Position numbers and translations under genes: made by a program. The notes beneath the pieces are model-generated. The model did not search any database and was not told the DNA's origin. It saw only the letters and a program-made list of their open reading frames with translations. From Candidatus Omnitrophota bacterium (GTDB lineage: Bacteria; Omnitrophota; Gorgyraeia; Duberdicusellales; 4484-171): a stretch of DNA of 64,000 nt. Positions 30,904 to 40,904 of the stretch are shown piece by piece. The stretch spans positions 5,368 to 69,367 of the forward strand of contig JBDRIY010000019.1 of the NCBI GenBank assembly GCA_043815445.1, given 5' to 3'. Position 1 is the stretch's first letter. Each line of letters opens with the position of its first letter.

Positions 30904-32328
30904 TTATACCTGAATAATTGCTTCATAAAATCGTTTGATCCGTTGATCGCATTTTATTTCATTCTTTTCAATAGGCCGGGCTAAAGTAATATCCCGTAAT
31001 GATCTACACCTACTTAAAGCAACGTAAACTTGTCCTGATGCAAAGGCGCCATTTCCTAAATCTACTCTAACTTTCTCCAAAGTTTTCCCCTGACTTTTAT
31101 GTATCGTAACAGCCCATGCAAGCATCAAGGGAAACTGTGTATATTTTCCAACAACAACTGGCTTGATTTTGTCTTTTGAATAGTCATATGCGTATTTAAA
31201 TGACTCCCAACTTACCCTATGTACATCAAGAACTTCTCTTGATTGATCAGAAACTAATTCCACCTGTATCAATTCATTTTTAAAATTTACAACACGGCCG
31301 ATAGTTCCATTAACCCATCTCTTTTGTTCATCATTCTTCGTAAACATTACTTGCGCACCTGGCTTCAATTGCAAATTCAAAGGTGACGGAAGCTTTTCTT
31401 CTTGAACAGCGAACTTCCCGGAAATTTCTCCGATAAACGAACTCACTTCTCCCGGCAATTGCTGGAGTTTTAAGTTATTGATTTTATCAGCGGCAGTATT
31501 AGTACATGTAAGAGTTATTAACGACGGGGCTTCATCTTTTTCATCTATACAACGCTTATTAATTTGATGAATAACCGCGCAGCATTGTTCAGCTACCCGT
31601 ATTCGATTTAACATTTCTGTAAATTTAGAGTCAGTTTGCCTAAATATTTTACACAACTCAATCGGAACAAATTCACAATTCTGCAATACTTTGGCGCTAA
31701 AGAAAAAAGGGCTTTCATATCTTCTGGCCGCAAGAATTTTCTCCTCTTGTTTTTTAACAACCGGCGGTAATTGAAACAGGTCGCCGACAAATAAAACTTG
31801 TATACCGCCAAAAGGTTGGTTAGAACGCGGCCCGTTTAAACGCAGAAATTGATCCATAGCATCAATCAAATCAGCGCGTACCATAGAAACCTCATCAACG
31901 ATTAACACATCAATCTTTTCATAAACCGTCCGGCTCCTTACTCCTTTTATATCCTCATTAGTAATAATTCTCGGCGGTAAACGAAAAAAAGAATGAATTG
32001 TTGCTCCTTTGGCATTTAACGCGGCCACTCCGGTAGGAGCGACAACCACCACATTTTTATTTAATTTCTCTCTAAGATAATGGATTAAAGTCGTCTTGCC
32101 TGTGCCTGCTTTCCCGCTTACAAATAAAATGGGTAAATTATTATTTAATAATTTTTCAATATTTTCATATTCCTCAGTTACCTCTATATCCGCAAGAATA
32201 TCGAGATTGTCTTTCTTTAAATCCTTTGATTGACAAAAACTTCCGGCAGCATGACGGTTTAGCCTCCCAATATTAACCGGCTTAACTCCCAATATCCCTT
32301 TCAATGAATCTAAGATACTCATGTCCAT
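30904..32328 (-). CDS. PIF1/RecD-family (SF1B) helicase-like ATPase
   Basis: Walker A SGKAGTGKTT, Walker B LIVDEVSMV and the C-terminal YVALSRCRSL motif typical of Pif1/RecD/TraA-like helicases. Confidence 0.75.
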   Translation of the reverse strand: MDMSILDSLKGILGVKPVNIGRLNRHAAGSFCQSKDLKKDNLDILADIEVTEEYENIEKLLNNNLPILFVSGKAGTGKTTLIHYLREKLNKNVVVVAPTGVAALNAKGATIHSFFRLPPRIITNEDIKGVRSRTVYEKIDVLIVDEVSMVRADLIDAMDQFLRLNGPRSNQPFGGIQVLFVGDLFQLPPVVKKQEEKILAARRYESPFFFSAKVLQNCEFVPIELCKIFRQTDSKFTEMLNRIRVAEQCCAVIHQINKRCIDEKDEAPSLITLTCTNTAADKINNLKLQQLPGEVSSFIGEISGKFAVQEEKLPSPLNLQLKPGAQVMFTKNDEQKRWVNGTIGRVVNFKNELIQVELVSDQSREVLDVHRVSWESFKYAYDYSKDKIKPVVVGKYTQFPLMLAWAVTIHKSQGKTLEKVRVDLGNGAFASGQVYVALSRCRSLRDITLARPIEKNEIKCDQRIKRFYEAIIQV

Positions 32329-32367
32329 TTAATTTTTGTGGTTCAGCCTGCTTTGGCCTACTTTATT

Positions 32368-33069
32368 TTACTTTATAAATAGTAACTCTAATCTATCTTT
32401 TCTTTTTTCCCAATCAGGTATAATCTTTGTCAATAAGTCATAAAATCTTTTATTATGATGTTTATATTTCACATGGCATAATTCATGAGTGATAACATAA
32501 TCAATGCAATATTTTGGGGCATGAATTAACAAAGGATTTAGAACAACAGTATCCTTATTAACAAAACTCCCCCATCTTTTATTCATTTTTCTAATCGATA
32601 ATTTAAAGGTTTTTAGATAATTAAAACACTCAAGAACCCCGACAAAACGCTCCTGGAAAATAACATTCGCACGTTTTCTGTACCACACATCAATTAACTT
32701 CCGATTATAATCTCCGTTGGAAACTTTAGCCTGAGTATCAAGCAATAAACGTCCTTTCGCAAGAGAGACATTATCATCTTTTGCCCTCTTAACTATCAGC
32801 TTATACTGACGCCCTAAATATAAAAAACTCTCCCCTGATATGTATTCTTTCTCATATCTCTCCCTCTGAAACCTCTTAAAGAAACTAAGCTGTTTATTAA
32901 GCCATTTCCACTTCTTCTTTAAAAACGCTTCAATACGATCTTCCTTTGCCTCAATCGGACACCGGAGGACAATACCCATATCTGGACATACGGTCAAACT
33001 AAGAGTTTTTCTTTCTTGCCTCAAAAACTCATACTCATATCTATATTGACCGTAAGTAAATACTTTCAT
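32368..33069 (-). CDS. YgjP/DUF45-family (M48/SprT-like) zinc metallopeptidase; hsdR-associated
   Basis: HExxH zinc motif VITHELCHVKYKHH near the C-terminus. It is paralogous to ORF 53460..54164 (shared FLYLG(R/Q)(Q)YKL block). It overlaps the hsdR stop by 4 nt. Confidence 0.75.
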   Translation of the reverse strand: MKVFTYGQYRYEYEFLRQERKTLSLTVCPDMGIVLRCPIEAKEDRIEAFLKKKWKWLNKQLSFFKRFQRERYEKEYISGESFLYLGRQYKLIVKRAKDDNVSLAKGRLLLDTQAKVSNGDYNRKLIDVWYRKRANVIFQERFVGVLECFNYLKTFKLSIRKMNKRWGSFVNKDTVVLNPLLIHAPKYCIDYVITHELCHVKYKHHNKRFYDLLTKIIPDWEKRKDRLELLFIK

Positions 33070-36000
33070 TTAAAGATCTCGTAATTATTTTCAGCTAATT
33101 CCATTGCCTTATCTATGATATCCTTCATTTCCTCATTTGACAAATCAATACCACGCTCACCCTTAACAACATCATAAACATAATCATCAATTTTATTACG
33201 CATTATTCGCTTAACCTCAGCGTTTTTATACCAATCGACTATGCTTTCCTGATGTAGAATTGAATATATATCAAGAATTATCTGCTCAAAATCAGGCCTA
33301 TTTAGTTTATGCGACTGAAAGATAGGGCACAAATTACGATAAAATATATCCGCGCCTTCTTTTTGGCTAATCTTTTCAGGAATGCTCTCATCACGCTTTT
33401 GAACAACACTGTTTTTTATATCCTTCAATTCCTTTAACGCCGCGATATCTGCCATTTTCTCTTGACGCATTTTCTCTAAGATTTCATGTATTTTCTCTGA
33501 AAATCTTTTATAAAATTCAGGATCAGAATTGTATTTTTCTTTAATTGTACGTTCTGTCTGCGCTGCAATAGCCTCCGCTTTTGATTTATTAGAGCCTAAA
33601 GATTCAATAGCTTTCTCAAACTGCTCACTATCAGTAATGTTAATCTGTTTTGTTAATAATTCAACACCCTGAGCGTCAACATAATCATCAAGGATACTAA
33701 CAAGCGAACGCTTATACTTAGTCAAATCTACTTTATCAGCATACCTCAAACTTGCCGCTTTGCGGATTTCAACCATTTTTTTTATCTCTTTCTTGTAAAC
33801 ATCGATATGTTTAAACTCCTTCACGAAATCCTGTAATGCCAAACATTCGTTGAAATTCCGCAGAAACTTATTCAATACTTCATAGAAGACCACTCTTCTT
33901 TGTTCGCCATCTTCCTTAGTATCACCACCCAAAACGGTCAAGTATTCCTCACTATCACTTTTGTTCTTTATCTCTTTGAATAAATCATGAACCTCAGCAT
34001 AACTCTGTTCAAGCTCGTTAATCTTTTCCCCAACATCAATTAACGCTCCTTTAACGTCTTCTTCGTCATAATTACCAAATAATTTCATAGCCGTATCTAT
34101 ATTTTTAGCATTCTCAGAATAGTCTATAATGAATCCCGCTGTCTTTGGCAGTTCTTTATTATCATAAAGCCTATTAACACGCGCTATTGCCTGCAATAAA
34201 CTATGATCTCTTAAATCTTTTGCCAGATAAAGGACGGTATTGCATGGGGCGTCAAATCCAGTTAATAATTTATCTACAACTATTAGTATCTCGATCCCGT
34301 CAGGATTATACTTAAAACTGTCGATAACATCTTTTTCGTAAGATTCCAGGCTTCTATACTTTTCTTTCGTTTTATCTAAATATTCAATAACCTCTTTTTT
34401 ATGCGCGTCATCTTCGTCAACAATGCCATTTTCACCGGATATAACAATTGCCGTTTGAATTTTACCGCTAGACTCAAAAGCTTTCTGCATCAACACAGCC
34501 GAAAATTTTGAAGGCGAAACAATTTGCGCCTTCAAGCCTGTCCCCTGAAATTGACCACAATAATGATTCTCTATATCAACAGCAATATCCGCAATGCGCT
34601 GAGGATTATCTTTAATTATTTTTGTATTAACCAGCTTCTGTAATTCTCTTTTAGCCTTATCATCTAAATCCTTGATTATCGCGTCAACCCGCCGATCAAT
34701 CTGTTCTTTATTTTCAATCAAATCAACATAACGCCCTTCATAAATAAGAGGTAATATAATCTCATCTTTTAACGCGTCATCAATTGTATATTTATCGATA
34801 TACCCGCCAAATTTCTTCCAACTTTCACGGTCTTTCTTTAACAAAGGTGTACCCGTAAACCCAATGTAGCAAGCGTTGGGCATTACGCGGTTCATTTCAA
34901 GATTAGCAATCCCGGTTTGTGTTCGATGAGCTTCATCAATAAGCACAAATATATTTTTATCTGTATCACGAAAATTCATACGCTTCTTAGATACTGAATC
35001 AAATTTATGAACCAATGTCGTAATCACCTTGAGATTTTTTTCTTGAATAAGATCTAACAAATGCTGGCCGCTAGTAGCTTTTATCACGCCTTTTTTTAAG
35101 CCACAATTCTTGAACGTTTCAGCAATCTGCTTATCTAAATCTTTTCGATCAGTTACAATAATAACGCGTGGGTTTAATATATACGGATGTTCAATCAACG
35201 CCTTAACAAACAAAACCATGGTGAGCGATTTCCCGCTACCTTGGGTATGCCATAAAAGCCCCCCGCAACGCTTATTTCCCTCAACCCCTTTCTGCTCTTC
35301 TTCAACACGCATCAACATCTTAGCAATCGCGAAATATTGCTGATATCTCATTATTTTTTTTATCCCGGCGTCATAAATAATATAATTCTTTGTAAAATCA
35401 AGCAACCGTTTAGGAGCAAGTAACGAAACAATTCCCCTATCTTGTTCCGTGGCTAACCGGGTTTTTCTCTGGTTATAGTCTTGTGAAACTCCTAAATCTT
35501 CGCGCACTTGCGAATAAGCCGATGAATCAAGCGGTTTTTCAATATAGCGTTTTACATAACTTTCTAACTCTTTCTTAGCAATCCCCTTTTCTTTCCAAAT
35601 AGAATAAAACTTAGCCTGAGTTAGTGTAGTTCCGTATCGAAATTCCGATCCATTGGTCGCAATCAATAGTTGAGAATAAACAAAAAACTTGGGACAATAC
35701 TCCGCCCGCTGATTACGCGACATCTGAAAGATAGCTTCTTTTATATCCACACCGGCTTTTTTATTCTCAATAACTACAAAAGGAATACCGTTTACAAAAC
35801 AAACAATGTCCGGACGAATATGCCTCTTACCGTTGGCTTCATATTCAACCGTTACGTGAAAAACATTGTTTTCAGGGTGAGCAAAATCAATAAACCTAAA
35901 GCTTCTAGATATATTTTTGCCCTCATGGAAAACTTTGATTGTCTTTCCTCCTGTCTTAGGCATAATCATATTGTATACCAATCGCGAGGTGTCAATTAAT

Positions 36001-36269
36001 CCCTCAAGAGGAAGGCTTTCAAGCTCTTCTACCACGTCATATACATTTTTTTCGCTAAACTTATATATTTGCCCATAATACTCATATCCGTTTATTGCCA
36101 TAAGCGCTTTTGCCGCGATTTTTTTAAGTATAAATTTTGAAGCATCGCCATTACGCTGACGCATCACCTCCTCAGATGAAATATAGGAATACCCCATGCT
36201 TATTAGTACTTCAACAAAAGGAAGTTGCGATTGCCTTATTTCATCAAAATCAGCTTTAATATTATTCAT
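33066..36269 (-). CDS. hsdR: type I restriction enzyme R subunit
   Basis: 1067 aa; N-terminal PD-(D/E)xK nuclease DIVCFVNGIPFVVIENKK, SF2 motif I HTQGSGKSLTMV and DEAH box VLIDEAHR. Confidence 0.95.
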   Translation of the reverse strand: MNNIKADFDEIRQSQLPFVEVLISMGYSYISSEEVMRQRNGDASKFILKKIAAKALMAINGYEYYGQIYKFSEKNVYDVVEELESLPLEGLIDTSRLVYNMIMPKTGGKTIKVFHEGKNISRSFRFIDFAHPENNVFHVTVEYEANGKRHIRPDIVCFVNGIPFVVIENKKAGVDIKEAIFQMSRNQRAEYCPKFFVYSQLLIATNGSEFRYGTTLTQAKFYSIWKEKGIAKKELESYVKRYIEKPLDSSAYSQVREDLGVSQDYNQRKTRLATEQDRGIVSLLAPKRLLDFTKNYIIYDAGIKKIMRYQQYFAIAKMLMRVEEEQKGVEGNKRCGGLLWHTQGSGKSLTMVLFVKALIEHPYILNPRVIIVTDRKDLDKQIAETFKNCGLKKGVIKATSGQHLLDLIQEKNLKVITTLVHKFDSVSKKRMNFRDTDKNIFVLIDEAHRTQTGIANLEMNRVMPNACYIGFTGTPLLKKDRESWKKFGGYIDKYTIDDALKDEIILPLIYEGRYVDLIENKEQIDRRVDAIIKDLDDKAKRELQKLVNTKIIKDNPQRIADIAVDIENHYCGQFQGTGLKAQIVSPSKFSAVLMQKAFESSGKIQTAIVISGENGIVDEDDAHKKEVIEYLDKTKEKYRSLESYEKDVIDSFKYNPDGIEILIVVDKLLTGFDAPCNTVLYLAKDLRDHSLLQAIARVNRLYDNKELPKTAGFIIDYSENAKNIDTAMKLFGNYDEEDVKGALIDVGEKINELEQSYAEVHDLFKEIKNKSDSEEYLTVLGGDTKEDGEQRRVVFYEVLNKFLRNFNECLALQDFVKEFKHIDVYKKEIKKMVEIRKAASLRYADKVDLTKYKRSLVSILDDYVDAQGVELLTKQINITDSEQFEKAIESLGSNKSKAEAIAAQTERTIKEKYNSDPEFYKRFSEKIHEILEKMRQEKMADIAALKELKDIKNSVVQKRDESIPEKISQKEGADIFYRNLCPIFQSHKLNRPDFEQIILDIYSILHQESIVDWYKNAEVKRIMRNKIDDYVYDVVKGERGIDLSNEEMKDIIDKAMELAENNYEIFK

Positions 36270-36951
36270 AGTTAACCTCTAAACGAAATTGATTACCAAT
36301 AAAAGCAAATGCTCCGCCCATTTCAATTAGAAATCGATTTATCCTAAGCATGAGCCCACGCTCAAGCTCTTTTTCGCTATGTTCTTCCCCTAATTCCAAA
36401 AAATCAAAAGCATATTCATCTTTTATCGCTAACTTTGCCTGATTGTGAATTTTCGCGGGAAGTGTTTTCTTGAAATTAGTCTGGTTCATAACCGTTTTTT
36501 CATAACTCTGATTCTCAATCTGATGAACCAAAACATTCTTTGTCCATCCCATTCTCTTTGTCATACGGATATAAAATTCACGTTCTAAATAATCCTTACA
36601 CCGCTCCAAAATCATAATATTGTGCGACCAGCCAATTTCTCGCACCAATGGTGCGAGTTTTTCACTTTTGCCGTAAGCTAAATAAAAATTACGCATTCTC
36701 CAAAGCCCAGATGATGAAAACCCTAAAATTCCGACAAACTCTACCTGCAAATCTTTTGACAAATTGTCAACAATTGCCTTCCCCCATCCATGCTCCTTCT
36801 GTTGCGCGACAATCATTTTCCCAATATCCCAATACAAGTTAATAAGCTCTTTATTAACCTTCTTAAGCGCTTGATACTGCGCGGAACGAATACGTTCTTT
36901 AATCTCACTAATAAATTTAGTATATTCTAATGTACTCTTAATTTTTTTCAT
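36262..36951 (-). CDS. DUF1016 (YhcG-like) family protein, apparently C-terminally truncated before the PD-(D/E)xK core
   Basis: Matches the YhcG N-terminal region (GWSHNIMILERCKD...GGAFAFIGNQFRLEV) but stops at ...EVNYE*. The stop overlaps the hsdR start (ctATGAAtaa) where the nuclease block normally follows. Confidence 0.65.
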   Translation of the reverse strand: MKKIKSTLEYTKFISEIKERIRSAQYQALKKVNKELINLYWDIGKMIVAQQKEHGWGKAIVDNLSKDLQVEFVGILGFSSSGLWRMRNFYLAYGKSEKLAPLVREIGWSHNIMILERCKDYLEREFYIRMTKRMGWTKNVLVHQIENQSYEKTVMNQTNFKKTLPAKIHNQAKLAIKDEYAFDFLELGEEHSEKELERGLMLRINRFLIEMGGAFAFIGNQFRLEVNYE

Positions 36952-38233
36952 AATTTTTAACCTTATCCAATAAATCCTCAGGAGTACGAATCTCCCCTGT
37001 GATAAGTTTATTTAAAAGATATTTCTTTTGCGCAGCAACTACACCCCTCTTCTTCTCCAGCGCCTCAATCTCAGCATCTGCTTTAGTAAGAATGTCGGCA
37101 ATAGCATCTTGTTCTTTTTTAAGTTTGGGAACATTTAATCTTAAATCAGAAAAATCATTTTTATTTAAAATTGGCATCGCTCCTGCTCCAGCAAATTTCC
37201 TTAATAACGTCAATGAGTTATTTATTAAATAAAATAAAAATTCATTATTATATTTCTCATTAACAATTATTGAATTAATTTGCTGATTTGTTGCTAATGG
37301 CACAGCCGCAATTGCATTTTTACCTATCGACGCAATACAAGTAATTAGTAAACTGCCCTTTGGTAACCATCTCGAAAGATTTTTACCAATCTCGGAAAGT
37401 TTCACCTCAGTATTCTTAATATATTTTGATTTAAAATCATCCGCAGTTGCCCAGCAATAATCTGACCCATAATTACTTTTGTCTTTCATTGGCGGCGTAT
37501 TGCCCGTCACAATCTCACCCATACTTTTTAACTTTATAATTTCCCATTTCTCACAAAACCCTTTTAATCGTTTTTTGCCAGTCAACAGTTGCTGCATTAA
37601 TCCTTTTTTAATATTCTTCTTAATCTCAATCTTACGATCAAGCCCTCGCAAATAACCATCCCACGCCTCAAGTACTGCTACTATGCGTTTTTGTTCTGGG
37701 AGGGGTGGAAGAAGTAGTTGAACTTTCGATACTTCATATTTTGAAATACTATACACTGAGACGCCATTAGCTACTTTTTGCAGGTGCCTCCTAATAGTAG
37801 GGTTGCTAAAAATATATTGACGAAATGATTTAAGCGTAGCATCAGGTTTTCCGCGAAGCACAAAAGTATGCAATCCACCCACAACTTTCTTGCTATTTAA
37901 TCCACGAACAAGAACATTAGTGGCAACGCCTTCGTAGTCCTCAGAAGCATCTGCCATAACAAGATCACCGTCTTTTAGCAAATCCTCTGTGCTTGGGTGA
38001 AAAGTATTTTCTACAACTATTGGTACAAGTGTGTCATCCAAAGAAATGATAGAGCTATTAAAAGTCGAATGAATATCACCATAATGAATATTGCCTACAT
38101 TTCCGATAGATACTAAACCATAGTTTAATTTTTCTCGCGACAATGCATATGATTTAACATACGAAAAAATTTTACCAACTGGAACAATCGACCAACCACA
38201 TGGTATAGGTTGTGCTTTTTTATTTTTTACCAT
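36938..38233 (-). CDS. hsdS: type I restriction-modification specificity subunit (two target-recognition domains)
   Basis: 431 aa with two variable TRDs separated and followed by conserved coiled-coil repeats (LPPLPEQKRIVAVLEAWD...; EQDAIADILTKADAEIEALEKK). Confidence 0.9.
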   Translation of the reverse strand: MVKNKKAQPIPCGWSIVPVGKIFSYVKSYALSREKLNYGLVSIGNVGNIHYGDIHSTFNSSIISLDDTLVPIVVENTFHPSTEDLLKDGDLVMADASEDYEGVATNVLVRGLNSKKVVGGLHTFVLRGKPDATLKSFRQYIFSNPTIRRHLQKVANGVSVYSISKYEVSKVQLLLPPLPEQKRIVAVLEAWDGYLRGLDRKIEIKKNIKKGLMQQLLTGKKRLKGFCEKWEIIKLKSMGEIVTGNTPPMKDKSNYGSDYCWATADDFKSKYIKNTEVKLSEIGKNLSRWLPKGSLLITCIASIGKNAIAAVPLATNQQINSIIVNEKYNNEFLFYLINNSLTLLRKFAGAGAMPILNKNDFSDLRLNVPKLKKEQDAIADILTKADAEIEALEKKRGVVAAQKKYLLNKLITGEIRTPEDLLDKVKNYEKN

Positions 38234-38726
38234 AATTGTCTCTTATATTAACTGCTTCTTCGACCCATTTTTCTATATTTTTGGCAATATGGTCATATAC
38301 ATTTTTACTAAACTCATAAGGTGAATTATATAGCTTAACCACACTGGACAGCTTCTTTTGACCTTCTTTTAATGTAAATTTTTCAAAAGGATTATCACCT
38401 TGCGTGGATTTATTCCCATTTGAATCCTTTAAATTGTGTATTCTGATTCCGACAATACCTTTTTTTGCATTCCAAGCCTTCTCTATCTCCTTACGAACCC
38501 ATTTCCTTGAAGCCGTACTAGAACCAACTAGAACTACAGCACAAGATTTACCCTTAAGCTGATCTTCAATCCAGTTTTCAACAGCTGTATCACCTTTTTT
38601 CTTTATTTTTTCCCAATCGTTATCCGATATAGGCTTATTGCCTTCAACTACGCCTATGTTTCTGACTTGACTGGTTCGCCAACAATCATTTTTAAAATGA
38701 AAACTATAAAATACTTTTCTTACCAT
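38220..38726 (-). CDS. TIR-like domain protein of the ThsB/DUF1863 type
   Basis: 168 aa. The block pattern KVFYSFHFKND..VRN / AVVLVGSSTASRKWVRKEIEKA / GIVGIRIHNLKDSNGNKSTQGDNPF follows the Thoeris ThsB TIR-like family (my recollection of B. cereus ThsB; no HMM run). It overlaps the hsdS start by 14 nt. Confidence 0.7.
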   Translation of the reverse strand: MVRKVFYSFHFKNDCWRTSQVRNIGVVEGNKPISDNDWEKIKKKGDTAVENWIEDQLKGKSCAVVLVGSSTASRKWVRKEIEKAWNAKKGIVGIRIHNLKDSNGNKSTQGDNPFEKFTLKEGQKKLSSVVKLYNSPYEFSKNVYDHIAKNIEKWVEEAVNIRDNYGKK

Positions 38727-38737
38727 AATAAATCTCC

Positions 38738-39232
38738 TTATTTACAAAAATATTCACAACATATAGGTTTTAGTACCTCAAACGCCCGTGGAAACACATT
38801 AATAAAAAACACAAGAATCACCATAGCAATAGGGATCAAGTAAAACGGCTTTAACGTAATGGAAAACATAACATCACGAATAGTACCAACATCATCTAAA
38901 TTTATATTGCCTCTTTTCCTATGAGGATTTAAATCATATAAATGCTCTTCATTACCTTTCTTTCTTTCTACTATAACCCACTCGTAAATTTTTCTATACT
39001 TTTTCTCTGTGTGAAGGAAAAAGGCATCTAAATACCAAAAACTAATAATTGGTATTAACAAAATAAAGCTCAACAGTGATATATTGGCAACCTTATCACC
39101 TAAAGCTAAAACAACAGCGACTAGCGAAATAGTCCAACCTTTTATTAAAAAAGAATTATGTGCCATGCGAGAAATACATGCTTGAATCAAATCAATTTCC
39201 TTGTGTAAAACTTCATTAGATATCTGTGCCAT
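38738..39232 (-). CDS. small three-TM membrane protein (candidate effector; possibly SLATT-like)
   Basis: 164 aa. Predicted TM helices at ~30-46, 52-72 and 126-146, a basic cytosolic loop (KKYRKIYEWVIVERKKGNEEH) and a C-terminal CCEYFCK. It lies 12 and 14 bp from the flanking TIR genes. Confidence 0.5.
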   Translation of the reverse strand: MAQISNEVLHKEIDLIQACISRMAHNSFLIKGWTISLVAVVLALGDKVANISLLSFILLIPIISFWYLDAFFLHTEKKYRKIYEWVIVERKKGNEEHLYDLNPHRKRGNINLDDVGTIRDVMFSITLKPFYLIPIAMVILVFFINVFPRAFEVLKPICCEYFCK

Positions 39233-39246
39233 AGAACACCTCTTAT

Positions 39247-39945
39247 TTAATTGACCACCTTACAAATATTATAACTATTAATATCATCGTTTATATCTTG
39301 TGCTATGCCCAAATAGCTATTAACATTTAAGACAAAATCAGACCATTTTACCGTATAGATATAACTAGGATATCCACTATAGATGGTGGTACGATTATGG
39401 CAAGCCTGGTAAACAGGATTGATAGTATTAAACATATTATCCCTAAGTATAGGGAATAAGCGAGCTGTATTATATAAAGTACAGCCTGGCAGACAACAAG
39501 AATAAGAATTAACAAAATAACTATAACTACCGATAGAATCAGGAAGAATCACTGCAAGAACAGCGTTTGTCTGGCTTGCTCTATCATTTCTTGCATGCTC
39601 CTTCAAAGAATATGAGATTTCCCACGGAATCCATTGATCTGAATCGGGAACGCTTGACTCACGCATATTAGGAGAAATTAAAACTATAGTTACACTGCTA
39701 TCGTAAATTTTATCCCTCAACTTATACTTAATCGTTTCATCTTTTAGATGACTAATATCTTCTTGATCTCTCTCCCCTTTATAAACATCATCACCGTGTT
39801 CCATGTATGTTTCAATTTTATCCACATAATCTCTTGCTGTTGTAGGATTAAGCGCCTCCTGGAAACTACCGTCTCGCAAAGATAAAACATCTTGATCTTT
39901 ATGTTTATATGATACAAAAATTTTCTTACCCAAAATAACCTCCAA
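39247..39945 (-). CDS. second TIR-like (DUF1863/ThsB-like) domain protein with C-terminal Cys/Tyr-rich extension
   Basis: N-terminal KIFVSYKHKDQD, central SVTIVLISPNMRESS and WIPWEISYSL blocks in the same order as the ThsB-like gene; 232 aa. Confidence 0.55.
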   Translation of the reverse strand: MEVILGKKIFVSYKHKDQDVLSLRDGSFQEALNPTTARDYVDKIETYMEHGDDVYKGERDQEDISHLKDETIKYKLRDKIYDSSVTIVLISPNMRESSVPDSDQWIPWEISYSLKEHARNDRASQTNAVLAVILPDSIGSYSYFVNSYSCCLPGCTLYNTARLFPILRDNMFNTINPVYQACHNRTTIYSGYPSYIYTVKWSDFVLNVNSYLGIAQDINDDINSYNICKVVN

Positions 39946-40042
39946 AAAGATTAAATTCCATTATTCTATCTCCAATTCCTTAAGATAAACCGACATCTCT
40001 TTCTTAAACTCCTCAAGAACAAATTTTTCACCATAAACATTT

Positions 40043-40897
40043 TCAGGCGATTCTTTTCTTTTTCCCTTCAATCTGCTTAACTTTTTTATTTGATATCAAT
40101 AGCTTCATCTGCGTAATTGCTATTTGATTTAATTTCATTAATCTCTCAGCTTGAGATTTTCCTTCACTGATAAATAAAGCGTTCAGATTTTCCAGATTAG
40201 AAAGGCAAATAAGCTGTGCTATGTTGGCGTAATCACGAATATTTCCTTTATTATCTTTGTTTTTATCTCTCCACCGCTTAGCCGTCATCCCAAATAATGC
40301 CATATTTAACACATCCGCTTCACTGGCATACACACATTGCTGTTGTTTCTTTGTAACTTGCGCGGGAATTAAATGTTCTTTAATTGCGTCAGTATGTATC
40401 AGATAATTTATTTTTGTTAAATTCCTTTTAATATCCCAGCCGAGTTGCTTTTGCTCATACTCTTTTAGCCGCTGAAATTCCTTGATTAAATATAATTTAA
40501 ATTCTGAAGAAATCCATGACGCGAATTCAAAAGCAATATCCTTATGAGCATATGTTCCGCCGTATCGTCCTGACTTAGAAACAAGGCCTATAGCATTTGT
40601 GTTTTCTATCCACTTTTTAGGAGACAATACAAATGAATTTAAACCTGCCTCGTTTTTAAACCAGTCGAATTCGACCCCTTTAAAACTTCGATTGTTTAAC
40701 TTTTCCCACAAACCTAAAAACTCAATTGTATTTTTACTCCGCATCCAGTTTTTGACAACATCTTTAGGCTCCTCAGGATTTCTATATCGGGCAATGTCAG
40801 TAATACAAATATAATCACCCTTCTTTGTGCTATAAATATCTACTTTTCTTTGCAAAACATTAATAGTACCCATAGATTGGCTATCTCTCATAATCAT
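40043..40897 (-). CDS. KilA-N domain-containing protein
   Basis: N-terminal block ICITDIARYRNPEEPKDVVKNWMRSKNTIEFLGLWEKLNN...SKSGRYGGTYAHKDIAFEFASWIS is the typical KilA-N domain, frequently embedded in type I R-M loci. Confidence 0.8.
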   Translation of the reverse strand: MIMRDSQSMGTINVLQRKVDIYSTKKGDYICITDIARYRNPEEPKDVVKNWMRSKNTIEFLGLWEKLNNRSFKGVEFDWFKNEAGLNSFVLSPKKWIENTNAIGLVSKSGRYGGTYAHKDIAFEFASWISSEFKLYLIKEFQRLKEYEQKQLGWDIKRNLTKINYLIHTDAIKEHLIPAQVTKKQQQCVYASEADVLNMALFGMTAKRWRDKNKDNKGNIRDYANIAQLICLSNLENLNALFISEGKSQAERLMKLNQIAITQMKLLISNKKVKQIEGKKKRIA

Positions 40898-40904
40898 ATC
40901 TCCT

